Assembly (NCBI GenBank): GCA_964016885.1
Contig: OZ024748.1
Span: 23,250,001-23,314,000 of the forward strand
From: Eledone cirrhosa
Lineage: Eukaryota
Direction: 5' to 3'
DNA: 64,000 bases
Shown here: positions 12,805 through 25,364 of the stretch, piece after piece
Numbering within the stretch: position 1 is the first letter of the stretch
Layout of the letters: every line of letters begins with the position of its first letter
Made by a program: the position numbers and the translations under genes
Notes under the pieces: generated by a model
Database searches by the model: none
The model's input: the letters and a program-made list of their open reading frames with translations, nothing else
Told to the model about the DNA's origin: nothing

Positions 12805-12927
12805 GTATATTTGAAAAAGGAAAAGAATGACTTCACAATTTGAACCAAGTTGTAAAATTATAATATTATAAAATTAAATTGTTTAAATCTACAAGTGAAG
12901 TCATTCTTTTCCTTTTTTCAAATATAC
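12805..12927. repeat. ~32-bp inverted repeat with AT-rich spacer
   Basis: gtatatttgaaaaaggaaaagaatgacttcac / gtgaagtcattcttttccttttttcaaatatac. Confidence 0.75.
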
Positions 12928-12980
12928 CTAACTGTACCAAGGATTTTACATATTTTCCAATATATACATACATACATATA

Positions 12981-13566
12981 TGGTGGCTGCCAACTCGTTT
13001 TCGAGTACGGCCACTACTTTATATCCATGTAGGAGAACCCTTACCGATGCGCTGAACAAGTGTGACTTTTTAGTCCAGCCAGCGACTTGAAAACTCTGGT
13101 ACAAACACTACACTTGTGACAATTATTGACATATAGTGCTGGGCCCATGGTACCATGTGACGACAAGTGCAGAGAGATCTCCAGATATAAAGCAATGCCT
13201 GTGCCGTGAAGCTTTTATAGTGAGCAAAGGCACTGCACAAAGCCAGTCCCACTCTCTTAACCAAGATGATATTTACCAAAAAGAAGAACAAGTCAACATC
13301 ATTGGATACCATCAGGGTTGCAGGTATTATATCAGAGTTTTCCTTCTCCTAGAATTCTGCCTTGACAAAGGCTAAGGGGTCATCTCTCCCGGTGATTTTA
13401 GATGGCCATTGACACTAGAGAGCTCTTTTACCCTTTGACAGGTTTTGTTTTTAGTCCTGCAGGATGTCCAAAGTCACCCTCCTCACCAAGAACCTTGGTG
13501 GGGTTGCCCGTTTAGTCGCCAACGACCCGACCATGAGACAGGTTGTACTGGGATACATGTTACCAG
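12981..13566 (-). mobile_element. Short non-autonomous RTE-derived retroelement (5'UTR-like part joined to a C2H2-finger 3' end), longest copy
   Basis: Near-identical to 13579-13983 and 15618-16045. The 3' part encodes CSVCTRVFKSLAGLKSH and ends in (TATG)n. The terminus resembles that of the RTE fragment at 28800-28835. Confidence 0.7.
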
Positions 13567-13578
13567 TACATACATACA

Positions 13579-13983
13579 TGGTGGCTGCCAACTCGTTTTC
13601 GAGTACGGCCACTACTTTATATCCATGTAGGAGAACCCCTACCGATGCGCTGAACGAGTGTGACTTTTAAGTCCAGCCAGCGACTTGAAAACTCTGGTAC
13701 AAACACTACACTTATGACAATTATTGACACAGTGCAGGGCCCATGGTACCATGTGACGACAAGTGCAGAGAGATCTCCAGATATAAAGCAATGCCTGTGC
13801 CGTGAAGCTTTTATAGTGAGCAAAGGCAATGCACAAAGCCAGTCCCACTCTCTTAACCAAGATATTTACCAAAAAGAAGAACAAGTCAACATCATTGGAT
13901 ACCATCAGGGCTGCAGGTGTTATATCAGAGTTTTCCTTCTCCTAGAATTCTGCCTTGACAAAGGCTAAGGGGTCATCTCTCCC
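13579..13983 (-). mobile_element. Second copy of the short RTE-derived element, 5'-truncated
   Basis: Near identity to 12981-13390. Flanked by (TACA)n on both sides. Confidence 0.75.
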
Positions 13984-14845
13984 TACATACATACATACAT
14001 ACATACATACATACATACATACACATATATATATATATATATACATGGTGCTGGCTTAAAGGTGTTGGTGGTAGTGGTGGCAGTGATGGAGGTGGTGTTG
14101 GTAGTTGTGTTGGTGGTAGTGGTGGCAGTGATGGTGGTGGTGGTGGTAGTGGTGGTGGTAGTGGTCGTGGTAGTGGTAGTGGTAGTGGTAGCAGTGATGA
14201 TGGTGGTGGTGGTGTTGTGTTGGTGTCGGGGGTGGTTGAGTGAAGAAGGTGATGTGGGCAGTTAATTGTGGTGGTGGTGATTGGTGGTGATTGGTGGTGA
14301 TGGTGGTGATGGCGGTGAAGGTGGCGTTGGTGGTGTGGTGGCGATGGTGGTGACGGTGGCGGCGATGGTGGTGATGGTGGTGATGGAGGCAAGCAGGCAT
14401 ACATGGCTATATAAGTCACTGTATAGTGATGTGTGGCGGGCGTACGGTTGTGAACGCTGTGACCTCCAAATCGAAGAAAAATGTCGTAGTTGTGCTAAGT
14501 AAGAGGCGACCAATGAGTGATTAGTGAAGCGGCAAGTCTAGAGTTTCTGCCTCGCTTCACTGACTCATACGGAGAGTGGCGTTGTCGGTGGGAGGGGTGA
14601 CAGATTAAAGTTGGAATGAGTAAGAGACGGGGGAGGGAGGGAGGGGGGGGGGGCGCATGACGTAGGAGTGGGGAGAGAAATATGAGGGACAAATTATGCA
14701 TGAGTGCATGTGTGTGTACGTCTGCTAGTGAATGTATTGATGCATGTGTGTTTGTGTGTCTGTGTGCCACTGTCTGTGGGTGAGCATCTGTATGTATGGA
14801 CGTATGGATGGATGGATGTTTGTATGTATGTTTGTATGTATGTAT

Positions 14846-14909
14846 GTTATCTCTTTCTCTTAATTTCGAGTATATTTTTTTGACCGGCCACCTTCCTGGT
14901 GGCAAGGTT
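14846..14909 (-). mobile_element. 3' terminal fragment of the R4/Dong-like element in (CATA)n
   Basis: gttatctctttctcttaatttcgag matches the terminus at 25351. Confidence 0.7.
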
Positions 14910-14924
14910 ATGCATGTATGCATG

Positions 14925-14958
<34 letters not shown>

Positions 14959-15452
14959 TGTATGTATGTATGTATGTATGTATGTATGTTTGTATGTATG
15001 TATGTATGTATGTATGTATGTATGTATGTTTTATGTATGTATGTATGTATGTTTTATGTATGTATGTATGTATGTATGTATGTATGTATGTATGTTTTAT
15101 GTATGTATGTATGGATGTATGTATGTATGTATGTTTGTATGTATGTATGTATGTATGTATGTATGTATGAATGTATGGATGTATGTATGTATGTATGTTT
15201 GTATGTATGTCAGTATGTATGTATGTATGTATGTATGCATGGATGTATGTTTGTATGTATGTATGTATGTATGTATGTATGTATGTATGTTTGTATGTAT
15301 GTCAGTATGTATGTATGTATGTATGTATGGATGTATGTATGTATGTATGTATGTATGTATGTATGTATGTATGTATGTATGTATGTTTGTATGTATGTCA
15401 GTATGTATGTATGTATGTATGCATGGATGTATGTTTGTATGTAATTATGTAT

Positions 15453-15592
15453 GTTATCTCTTTCTCTTAATTTCGAGTATATTTTCGACCGGCCACCTTC
15501 CTGGTGGCAAGGTTGCAAAAGAAAAGAGATTGTCATCCCTTGAATCGCAAGAATGTTTTGCAAATTTTGAAGGTGCCAGCTATCGCAGCCGG
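15453..15592 (-). mobile_element. 3' fragment of the R4/Dong-like element in (CATA)n
   Basis: The minus strand encodes AAIAGTFKICKTFLRFKG*, a plausible ORF C-terminus, followed by the same 3' terminus as 25351. Confidence 0.7.
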
Positions 15593-15617
15593 TATGTATG
15601 TATGTTTGTATGTATGT

Positions 15618-16045
15618 AATGGCAATCCAAAATCACCGGGAGAGATGACCCCTTAGCCTTTGTCAAGGCAGAATTCTAGGAGAAGGAAAACTCTGATATA
15701 ACACCTGCAACCCTGATGGTATCCAATGATGTTGACTTGTTCTTCTTTTTGGTAAATATCAACTTGGTTAAGAGTGTGGGACTGGCTTTGTGCAGTGCCT
15801 TTGCTCACTATAAAAGCTTCACGGCACAGGTATTGCTTTATATCTGGAGATCTCTGCACTTGTCGTCACATGGTACCATGGGCCCAGCACTATGTGTCAA
15901 TAATTGTCACAAGTGTAGTGTTTGTACCAGAGTTTTCAAGTCGCTGGCTGGACTAAAAAGTCACACTTGTTCAGCGTATCGGTAGGGGTTCTCCTACATG
16001 GATATAAAGTAGTGGCCGTACTCGAAAACGAGTTGGCAGCCACCA
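15618..16045 (+). mobile_element. Third copy of the short RTE-derived element
   Basis: Reverse complement of 12981-13410. Flanked by (TATG)n. Confidence 0.75.
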
Positions 16046-16531
16046 TGTATGTATGTTGTATGTATGTATGGGTGTATGCATGGATGTATGCATGGATGTA
16101 TGTTTGTATGTAGGTGTGTATGTATGTAAGTATTTATGTATGTATGGATGTATGCAGGGATGTATGTTTGTATGTATGTATGTAAGTATGTATGTTTGTA
16201 TGTATATATGTGTATGTATCTTTATGTGCATGTGCCTGTATGGTGTGTGTGGGTGTAGGGTGTACACACACACACACACACATATACATGTATATGTGAC
16301 TCGCTGCTCTTTACGTGACATCTGCCTGTCTTGTATTCTGTCCAACTGTCACCAGATCACCCAATCAGAGGCCGGCTTTGCCAATACTGTTGGCACACGT
16401 CATAAGCGTTTCCTTTACACTTCATTGAATGTTCCTTTCCAGTGACAATGTTCCTATATGTGTGTGCGTGTATAAGGGTGTGTATCAATATATATATATA
16501 TATATATATATAATGATATGTACATATACTG

Positions 16532-16696
<165 letters not shown>

Positions 16697-16749
16697 TATG
16701 TACACACATATATACAAAATTAGGTTAACTACTCAAAATTTTCATCTGT

Positions 16750-16801
16750 CGAATACGCACGTTTCGCTGGGGAATTATTTTTTCTCCAGCTCGTCAGTCC
16801 G
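16750..16801 (-). ncRNA. Type I hammerhead ribozyme within an old fold-back element (~16715-16930)
   Basis: Minus strand: cgga CUGACGA gcugg-agaa..uucc-ccagc GAAA cgugcg UA uucg. A diverged inverted arm lies at ~16808-16858 and ctgagtgc at ~16881. Confidence 0.75.
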
Positions 16802-17087
16802 TTCTAAGCGAAATGCGCTTATTCGAAAGATCAAAATGTGAATTGAACCTAATTTTCTACATTATATCTTGTCCTTTAGACTGAGTGCTCTACCGGATTT
16901 GGATGTAATTTTATTTTTCTGGAAATTTTTTAGATACATATATATATTTATTATGTGGTATTGTTTGTGTTTGTGCACTTGCTTCTTTATCCGAATGTAT
17001 ATGCTCATATAAAGAAGAATGTATATATATATTTTATACAAATGCGTGTATATATATATATATACACATATATATATATTATGTATT

Positions 17088-17134
<47 letters not shown>

Positions 17135-17351
17135 TTATATGTCCGTGTGGTGTATTTATCTCATCTTTAATTTGGTTTTAGGACACTTCGTATGTGTATG
17201 CATGTGTCTATGTGGAAATATGTGTCTGTTTATGTGATCTACTATCACTACGTGTGTACACGCGATTGTCTGTGTTCGTTTATACTCTTGAATGAATTCA
17301 TACACGAGAATCCACACACACACACACATACACACACACACATATATATAC

Positions 17352-17392
<41 letters not shown>

Positions 17393-17430
17393 CATGCATA
17401 CATGCATACATATAAATACATGTGTGTGTA

Positions 17431-17514
<84 letters not shown>

Positions 17515-17616
17515 TGTGCACTTTATTGCCTAAAGCTTTGGAATATTTCCATTAATGTCTTGTACTTAGCTAATTAATCGGTTTCACTCTGGTTTTGTGT
17601 AACCTAATTTATCAAT

Positions 17617-17732
17617 GTTCAAATCCCGCCGAGGTTAACTTTGCCTTTCACCCTTACGGGATCGATAAAATAAAATACCAGTAATACACTGGATAATTGC
17701 TGGCCTTGTGCCTAAAGTAGAAACAATTATTA
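17617..17732 (+). mobile_element. SINE copy (abundant family)
   Basis: Matches 9680-9800. Confidence 0.8.
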
Positions 17733-18384
17733 CTGAATGATGTCCAATGAAAAAGCACAATGAAAAAGCCAGAAATAACTGCTATCACAACTAATATCGT
17801 ATAGCTATCATTGTTTCTACCTCACAACACAAGACCTTTACGACCAGCCAATGAGAATGCCTGTATGTAGTAGTTAGACATGCTCGAATTAACATCCAAC
17901 TCGTTCTCAAAATATGCATCTACCCGTGACTCTTGGTTGGAGTCGTAGCAGTATCATAGCAACATGTCTTGAGCATTTCAATCCTGGCTGAGGTAAGCCT
18001 CTTTCCCGGTTTGATCATGGCCGATTTATTCCAGAGAAAGAGAGAGAGAGATAGATTGATAGATAGAGTGGGAGGAGGAGAGAGAGAGTGGGGGTAGAGT
18101 GAGTGATAAAGAAAAAGTGAAAAAGAGATGCAAAGGAGGAATCAACCCTAGTACTGGACTAGTACTTTATTTCTCGATCTCAAAAGAACCAAAGGTAAAG
18201 TTGATCTCAAAAGAAGTTGAACTGTGAGCTGGAATGAATACTGCAAAGCATTCATCCGACGATCTAACGATTCTGACAATTTGCTGCATTCTCAAGCTAT
18301 ACACATATATAGTTACATTGGGTAATATTATAATTTTATACAAAAAAGATTAGAGTCGATGAGAGCTGACCTGGGGTTATAAGC

Positions 18385-18932
18385 AATAACAAAAGCAACA
18401 ACGCCCCAGAAACCATCATTACTATCATCCATTGCAGCAATAACAAAAACAACAACGTCCCAGAAACCATCATTACTATCATCCATTGCAGCAACAACAA
18501 AAACAACAACGTCCCAGAAACCATCATTACTATCATCCGTTGCGGCAATAACAAAAACAACAACGTCCCAGAAACCATCATTACTATCATCCGTTGCAGC
18601 AACAACAAAAACAACAACGTCCCAGAAACCATCATTACTATTATCCATTGCAGCAACAACAAAAACAACAACGTCCCAGAAACCATCATTACTATCATCC
18701 GTTGCAGCAACAACAAAAACAACAACGTCCCAGAAACCATCATTACTATTATCCATTGCAGCAACAACAAAAACAACAACGTCCCAGAAACCATCATTAC
18801 TATTATCCATTGCAGCAACAACAAAAACAACAACGTCCCAGAAACCATCATTACTATCATCCGTTGCAGCAACAACAAAAACAACAACGTCCCAGAAACC
18901 ATCATTACTATCATCCGTTGCGGCAACAACAA
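18385..18932. repeat. 57-bp minisatellite, ~9.5 copies
   Basis: Unit aacaacaaaaacaacaacgtcccagaaaccatcattactatcatccgttgcagc-like. It gives the 19-aa periodicity in the ORF track. Confidence 0.95.
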
Positions 18933-19049
18933 TGACATTATTTACACATATATATTGAGATTGACTGAATAAAGAACTCAATACGTGTTGGTTTTCTTAT
19001 AGTATTTACGATGTTTGTACAGTAAAGTATTAGAACATAGAAGTTGTGA

Positions 19050-20770
19050 GTTCCATTGATGGTGCATAAGAAATAAATCCTGACTTGATTGTTATGGATG
19101 GGATGAATGTTCATATCCCAACATTAATTCATTAGATTATAGTTTCAGAAAAATTTAAGAAATTAAGTTTTAAAGCTAACGTCATCTTAAAAGAAATCGT
19201 TACCAAAATATACATTGAACTGTTGGTCAAGGCGAAGCTAAGAAAACTAAAAAGAAAAAAAAAAATGGAGGTTTCTTAAAGGATGCTTTTTAAACGAGGC
19301 AGCACATGAGACTTTTCTTCAGTGATTGTATTAAAAATAGACGGAAATGTCAGGATATGCGGAGACAATAAAGTAGGTATACATAAAAGAATTTCTTCAG
19401 GTGCTTATTCAACTCCAGATACTGAATTGATATTTCATTTTCCTTCTGTCGTGAATTATTTTGCTAAATTAGATTTTAAAAGGGGACATTTCACCAAATT
19501 GAAATGTGTTATAAAGTAAGAGAAGTTAGATCAATACACTAATGGGTGTTTTAAGCTGGATAGGTTTTCCACATGGAGTTAAATCTGCCAACGTTAGACG
19601 TTGGAGAGTAATTGAACATTTAGTTGGAAATGACATTGGTAATGTTGTTATTTATCAAGATGATGTATGTATCGATGCTAAACTGTTGAAAGTTTACATG
19701 TCACAGTAGATAAGATGATAAAATAGTTGGAATTATCTGATTTGGTGATCAATTGAGCAAAGGCTGAGTTACAGACTGATGAATTGTCTTTTGTTGGTCT
19801 ATAGACAGACAAAAGAGGGCTATCACGAGGCCAGCGTTTAGTAGTGAGAATTATGGATGTAAAACCACAAAAGGTTAAGAAGTAATTAGAATCTTTTCTT
19901 GGACTTGTCAATTTCTATGAACAACATTTTGATCATTATTCAGACAGCATATAGCCTCATGCATAATTTTGTAAACATGGTGTCACCCTGTCACGAAGAG
20001 TCCAACAATAAAAGGTATTTGAGCATACATATAAAACTGATATTACAATCAAATCCAATTGTCCAGATTTATGATGTTACAGCAGTGGTTGCCTTAACAA
20101 CTGGCGCAATAGAAAAGACTATGTTAGGAGTCGGTCCACCTTCTTGCACTTGCGGTACAAACAGGCACGAAGAATCGCAGCAGAGACTCCCGGTAGAGCC
20201 ACTACTTCTACGAATTGAGAGATCACAGCTCCGATACTATGGGCATTTGGTTAGAATGTCTGAGGAAAGAATAGCTGGACAGATTTTTACGAGCAAAACC
20301 AACCGGTAGGAGACCCAGGAGTAGACCCCAAGCAAAATTGTTGGATAACATCCATGAGCTCAGCTGGTCTCGCTTGGGGGTCCAGCCGGATTAGTTGTAG
20401 ATAGTTGCTACTGAGAGGACCCGCTGGAAGAAGTGTTTGAAGACTTTGTCCCCCAGCACCCTCTCGGGAATAAGTGGGTGAAGAAGAAGAATGCTTTCGT
20501 GTACTAAATTTGTGAAAAGCATTAACTAAAGCTGAAATAAGATTCCCAAATATTTATATGGAAGTTTGGCAATTACATAGCTTACTCGCAGAGAACGACA
20601 TTTTCTGCTGAGCTGAAAATCTAAGTTTGCGTCATCATATCTTTCTAGAATTTATTTTTTACCGAAAATTGTGACAAACCAAAAGTAGCATCTATACATA
20701 TTTTAAGATGGGTCGTAGAAACGAAAACGTTTGGATATGATACATCTTATATAAAGTGATCTGAAATGCT
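19050..20770 (+). pseudogene. Decayed Ty3/gypsy pol remnant (RT-RNase H), interrupted by an RTE fragment
   Basis: LKIDGNVRICGDNK...YFAKLD (19322-19519), YQDDV (~19653), ESFLGLVNFY (~19890), then RNase H-like text. Many stops and frameshifts. Boundaries approximate. Confidence 0.75.
20130..20490 (+). mobile_element. RTE-clade LINE 3' fragment
   Basis: VEPLLLRIERSQLRYYGHLVRMSEERI...LDNIHELSWSRLG, ending in (gaa)n. Same family as 42100-45270. Confidence 0.75.
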
Positions 20771-20838
20771 ACATTTTAATGCATGTAGGAATGTATTAAT
20801 TTGTGTGTATATATATGTGTGTATTTATATGTACACAG

Positions 20839-20905
<67 letters not shown>

Positions 20906-20964
20906 TCGTGTAGGACACCTCGGTTATTTTTCATTTTGTAAAAAAAACCTCACTTTCTAATATA

Positions 20965-21009
<45 letters not shown>

Positions 21010-21139
21010 CTATATATATATATAGATAATTTAATATATCTACTAACATAAGCGCATAGATGCACGCTAATGCCAGCAAATACGCAGGTTATGTCATAGT
21101 ACCTAGGTGGTTCAATGCAGGAGAATGCAGAACAATAAT

Positions 21140-21249
21140 ATAAAAGACGTAAAATAAGAAAATTAAAAAAAAAAAAAAAAAAAAAATTAACTTACTTACA
21201 AGTAAATTAATTTTAAAAAAATTTTTTTTTTAAATTTTCTTATTTTACG

Positions 21250-21258
<9 letters not shown>
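21140..21258. repeat. Fold-back of the tail of the HHR family found at 37605-37747
   Basis: aaaagacgtaaaataagaaaatt...aattttcttattttacgtctttt. The arm matches 37606-37655. Confidence 0.7.
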
Positions 21259-21332
<74 letters not shown>

Positions 21333-21444
21333 TTCTTTTGAAAGACTACTGGCTTTTCAAATCTAGCTGTCCTTCTAGCACTGACGGAGACCATCACTAA
21401 TTATTAGTATCGATGTAATTTTTTATATCGATATTGCATGGGCA

Positions 21445-21567
21445 TCCACTGATGAGTTATAAGGGCCCGCTTGTGTGTATTTCTATGGATTATATACAAG
21501 TTTCTACATAACCTGGACATTATTTATCCCAAATTGTAGAAATCTTATAACGAAACGATCGTATGGA
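21445..21567 (+). ncRNA. Type I hammerhead ribozyme with 96-nt branched stem II (family D; element continues to ~21750)
   Basis: ucca CUGAUGA guuauaag...cuuauaac GAAA cgaucg UA ugga. The stem II base is a perfect 8 bp and encloses two internal hairpins. The tail is repeated at 24198-24365. Confidence 0.8.
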
Positions 21568-21747
21568 AAGAAAGAGAGATTTATTTAATTATGTCTCATA
21601 TAAAATAATACAACCAACTATCCACGGAATACTGTATAGTTAGAACCCCAAACACTTAATTGGGATTATACTTAGGTATATCCTAATGTTTGTTGAGTGA
21701 GATGGAGTTGGTCAGAGTATCGGTTAAAGCTTTCTCTGTTAATGTAT

Positions 21748-21794
<47 letters not shown>

Positions 21795-21834
21795 GATATT
21801 AAACAAATGGAAACTATATTTATAAAACCATATT

Positions 21835-21900
21835 TATTTCATTATACATATTTCAGGGATACCATATTAAAAATATGGCATGCCTTCGTCAGATAAAATA
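21835..21900 (-). ncRNA. Type I hammerhead ribozyme (mirror copy)
   Basis: Reverse complement of 22047-22112. Confidence 0.8.
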
Positions 21901-22046
21901 CAATATATAAACAGTTTTATAAATAATTTTGACGTACCATATTATAAGCGACCAATATATTAGGAAGCTGTCTGGACAGCTTCCTAATATATTGGTCGCT
22001 TATAATATGGTACGTCAAAATTATTTATAAAACTGTTTATATATTG

Positions 22047-22112
22047 TATTTTATCTGACGAAGGCATGCCATATTTTTAATATGGTATCCCTGAAATATG
22101 TATAATGAAATA
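22047..22112 (+). ncRNA. Type I hammerhead ribozyme (family G)
   Basis: uauuuuau CUGACGA agg-c-augccauauu-uuu-aauaugguau-c-ccu GAAA uaugua UA augaaaua. Stem I is 8 bp. Confidence 0.8.
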
Positions 22113-22240
22113 AATATGGTTTTATAAATATAGTTTCCATTTGTTTAATATCGTATATCTACTCCCAAAACTTGTCGAGTGCTTTATATCAGTTATAAAA
22201 TATTTACTTGTTGTAACCCAACAATTTTAAATAAAACCTT

Positions 22241-22296
<56 letters not shown>

Positions 22297-22641
22297 TAAA
22301 CGTCTGTGTGTGTAGGTAGACATCTTGGCATGCATGTGTCATCGTAAAGAAATCCAACACCGATGCAATACATCAGTTGCTGTCAATGTAGCCATATGAC
22401 AAACAGCAGAATCACACCTGTATGTGATCATCACTTCTCCACAGTGCAGTTACTATAGGTGTTGTGCAGTTGGTGTTGTTGCTAGTATTGATGGTAGATA
22501 AGATAACTACCTGTACAGGTGTTCCTCTGCTCTAAATTCATCATCCCCAGTTTTCTTTCTTTCTTTTTTCATTTTCCCAGAACATGGCAATATATTTAGA
22601 ATGTAAGGGCTTCACTCAATATGTAAGTATTTGTTTTTGAC

Positions 22642-22673
<32 letters not shown>

Positions 22674-22677
22674 TATA

Positions 22678-22774
<97 letters not shown>

Positions 22775-23779
22775 TGTGTACGCGTGTACATTTGTATAAA
22801 CAAAGTGCAAATATGTATGCACGCGGACATATATACTCCTTGAAAACAAATATAGATACATATATATATATGTATATATCTATGTATATGTACAAATATA
22901 TCCGTTCATTATTATTTACACGCCACCCACCCCTTACTCAAGCACACAACATACACAAAAGCACGTCACATCACACTCACATATATAATAACACAACATC
23001 TGACTACACACGCATTTACATATGCGTACACAAACACACCAAAGCTGACAGCTCATGTAACAATGACGTGACTTGCAATGATATGCTTTAAATGAATTTT
23101 CCCTGAAGTTATATAACTTTCAACGTTTACCAGCTTCTTCCTCACAGTTTAGAATGGCCAACTGGAAAGTTCTATATTTTGCTGTGGGAAAATACCCAAC
23201 TTGTGCGTAAGGGATTGAATATAATCCAATTTATAACTGTTTTAATGCTCTATATGTAAGAAACCCGCATCAATCCCTGCTTCAGTTAAGTGCATATTTA
23301 CCAAAGAGAGAACAAAAAAAGTAAAACAAGAAAATAGACAAAAAAAAAAAAAAATACTACAAGAATAAGCTCCCTTTGATAATAACACGTTGACATACGT
23401 CATTTTCTGTGTAAGAAAGAGTAAAGCGTTAATAAAAAAAATGCCGCTCAAATATTCTGGTATATATGCTATTGTTATTGTTAGGTGTTATATATAAGTG
23501 TATTGCTTTTTACTTTCATTAGTTGAAACTATTGTAGTTCAGGCCATGCTGGAGCACAATCTTCAAACTTTCACCATGTCATATTTTCATGTATTTTTGT
23601 TCGGTATTATATAAATTGCTATGTTGTGTATTGAGATTCTCTTTCTGATGATACTCTGTTTATATAGGAATATTGCTAAGACCCTTGTTATTTCAGCTTA
23701 AATAAATATATTCCTTCTCTTACTAATGTTGAAAAGCAGTTGTAATAGTAACAGAAGATGCTTAGATGATATGCGCGCG

Positions 23780-23821
<42 letters not shown>

Positions 23822-24150
23822 AATATATATTGAAATCCAACCGTGACCATCTCCACTGAAAGTTTTCATGAAATAGTCTTTTAAGACTATACAGAGCATT
23901 TGATGTTATTCCAAATTGAAGGATAAGTGTTTTAAACTTTATTTTATCATGAGTTAAAGGTCTATTGATTTTTCCCTGGATTTCACTAAATTCTGTGGAT
24001 GAATTTATATCCTGATTCTCTTTTGAGATGAGTTTGAATTATTTTTCCTAAATCTTACGTTAACTACTTTTCCCATCTTGACGATATAGTCGCATATATG
24101 TTATAGAATACTATTAGCTTCTCGTTAAAACAATCTCTATACCTTTCATT

Positions 24151-24186
<36 letters not shown>

Positions 24187-24361
24187 TATATATATATATT
24201 TAATTATGTCTCATATAAAATAATACAACTGGCTATCCGCAAAATACGTATAGTTAGCACCCAAACGTATAATTGGGATTATATTAAGGTATATCCTAAT
24301 GTTTGTTGAGTGAGACGGAAGCCGGTCGGTGTATTGCTTGAAGCTTTCTCTGTTAATGTAT

Positions 24362-24448
<87 letters not shown>

Positions 24449-24449
<1 letters not shown>

Positions 24450-24627
24450 AATGGCTTCTACAAGAAGCCATCTAGAAGGAAATCATCAGGAAAGCCCGAT
24501 GATTTCCTTCGAATGAAACAGTTCTAGTCCTGTAGAAGCCATTTCTATATTAAATTTATTATATATTCTCTACTAATGTATTGAGTACCTTACTTACTGT
24601 GGTTACCCCCGATTGAACCCGCGACTC
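24449..24627 (+). mobile_element. Family A element, decayed (core CCGAUGA) with partial inverted arm
   Basis: ccgatgatttccttcgaatgaaacagttctagtcctgtagaagcc plus the family A tail. Upstream are inverted pieces aatggcttctaca and gaaggaaatcatcagg. Confidence 0.75.
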
Positions 24628-24738
24628 ACACACACACACACACACATAAATATATATGTATGTGTGTGTGTGTGCGAGCCGAGAACACGGGTAGAAGGAC
24701 GTGTTTATTTTGCCTGCGGCATATCACAAAATTGGAGT

Positions 24739-24829
24739 TTCATCTGAAGATACTGTTCTCATGACAACTACAAATGCATGAATTACATCTTGGATTGCAT
24801 AAGAGAACCGTCGAAATAACTATTATGAA
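24739..24829 (+). ncRNA. Type I hammerhead ribozyme with extended stem II
   Basis: uucau CUGAAGA uac-u-guucuc...gagaac-c-guc GAAA uaacua UU augaa. Confidence 0.65.
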
Positions 24830-25009
24830 TAAACAATTAATGTAACATCAGTATCTTTGATAATGTTATTCTTATACTGAATCTCCATCGTTACTACAAA
24901 CTACAAATGTAGAGAGCTTTCTCCTGCTTGCTCCTGATTTTATCATAACTTCTACTGAACACACACACACACACACTCGGGCGCACACACAACTTAACAA
25001 ATAGTCCTT

Positions 25010-25220
25010 TTATTTGTCTAGGCTTTGTCAGGGCATTCTTCTAGGAGAAGGCAACTCACGAAACTGGGATAACTCCGACATAAAACCTGCAGCTCAGTAG
25101 TTACCGATGATGTTGATCTTTTCTTCTTTTCGGGTTATAGCTACTGTCGCTGAGAGAGTGGGATTGGCTCAGTGCACAGTCTTTCCTCGCTTTAAATATA
25201 ATCTTCACGCAGGCATTGCA
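25010..25220 (+). mobile_element. Diverged relative of the RTE 5'UTR-like segment
   Basis: ctttgtcagggcattcttctaggagaagg...gatgatgttgatcttttcttctttt...gagagtgggattggc resembles 15655-15835. Confidence 0.55.
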
Positions 25221-25364
25221 CGATAGAATTAATTAATAATTATTAATAATAGTATATCGTGCAATGGCCATCATGTATGTATGTATGTATGTATGTATGT
25301 ATGTATGTATGTATGTATGTATGTATGTATGTATGTATGTATGTATGTATGTTTTCTCTTTCTC

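Larger units (their letters stand above)
21789..22243. mobile_element. HHR fold-back element family G: 370-bp palindrome (21789-22158) plus single-copy tail
   Basis: Centre gctgtc-tg-gacagc at 21973/4. The tail carries tcgagtgc. Bounded by (TA)n. Confidence 0.85.

Noticed and set aside
18328-18981. 217-aa repeat protein (DDSNDGFWD)
   Set aside because: It is a 57-bp minisatellite open in several frames, with no unique coding flanks.
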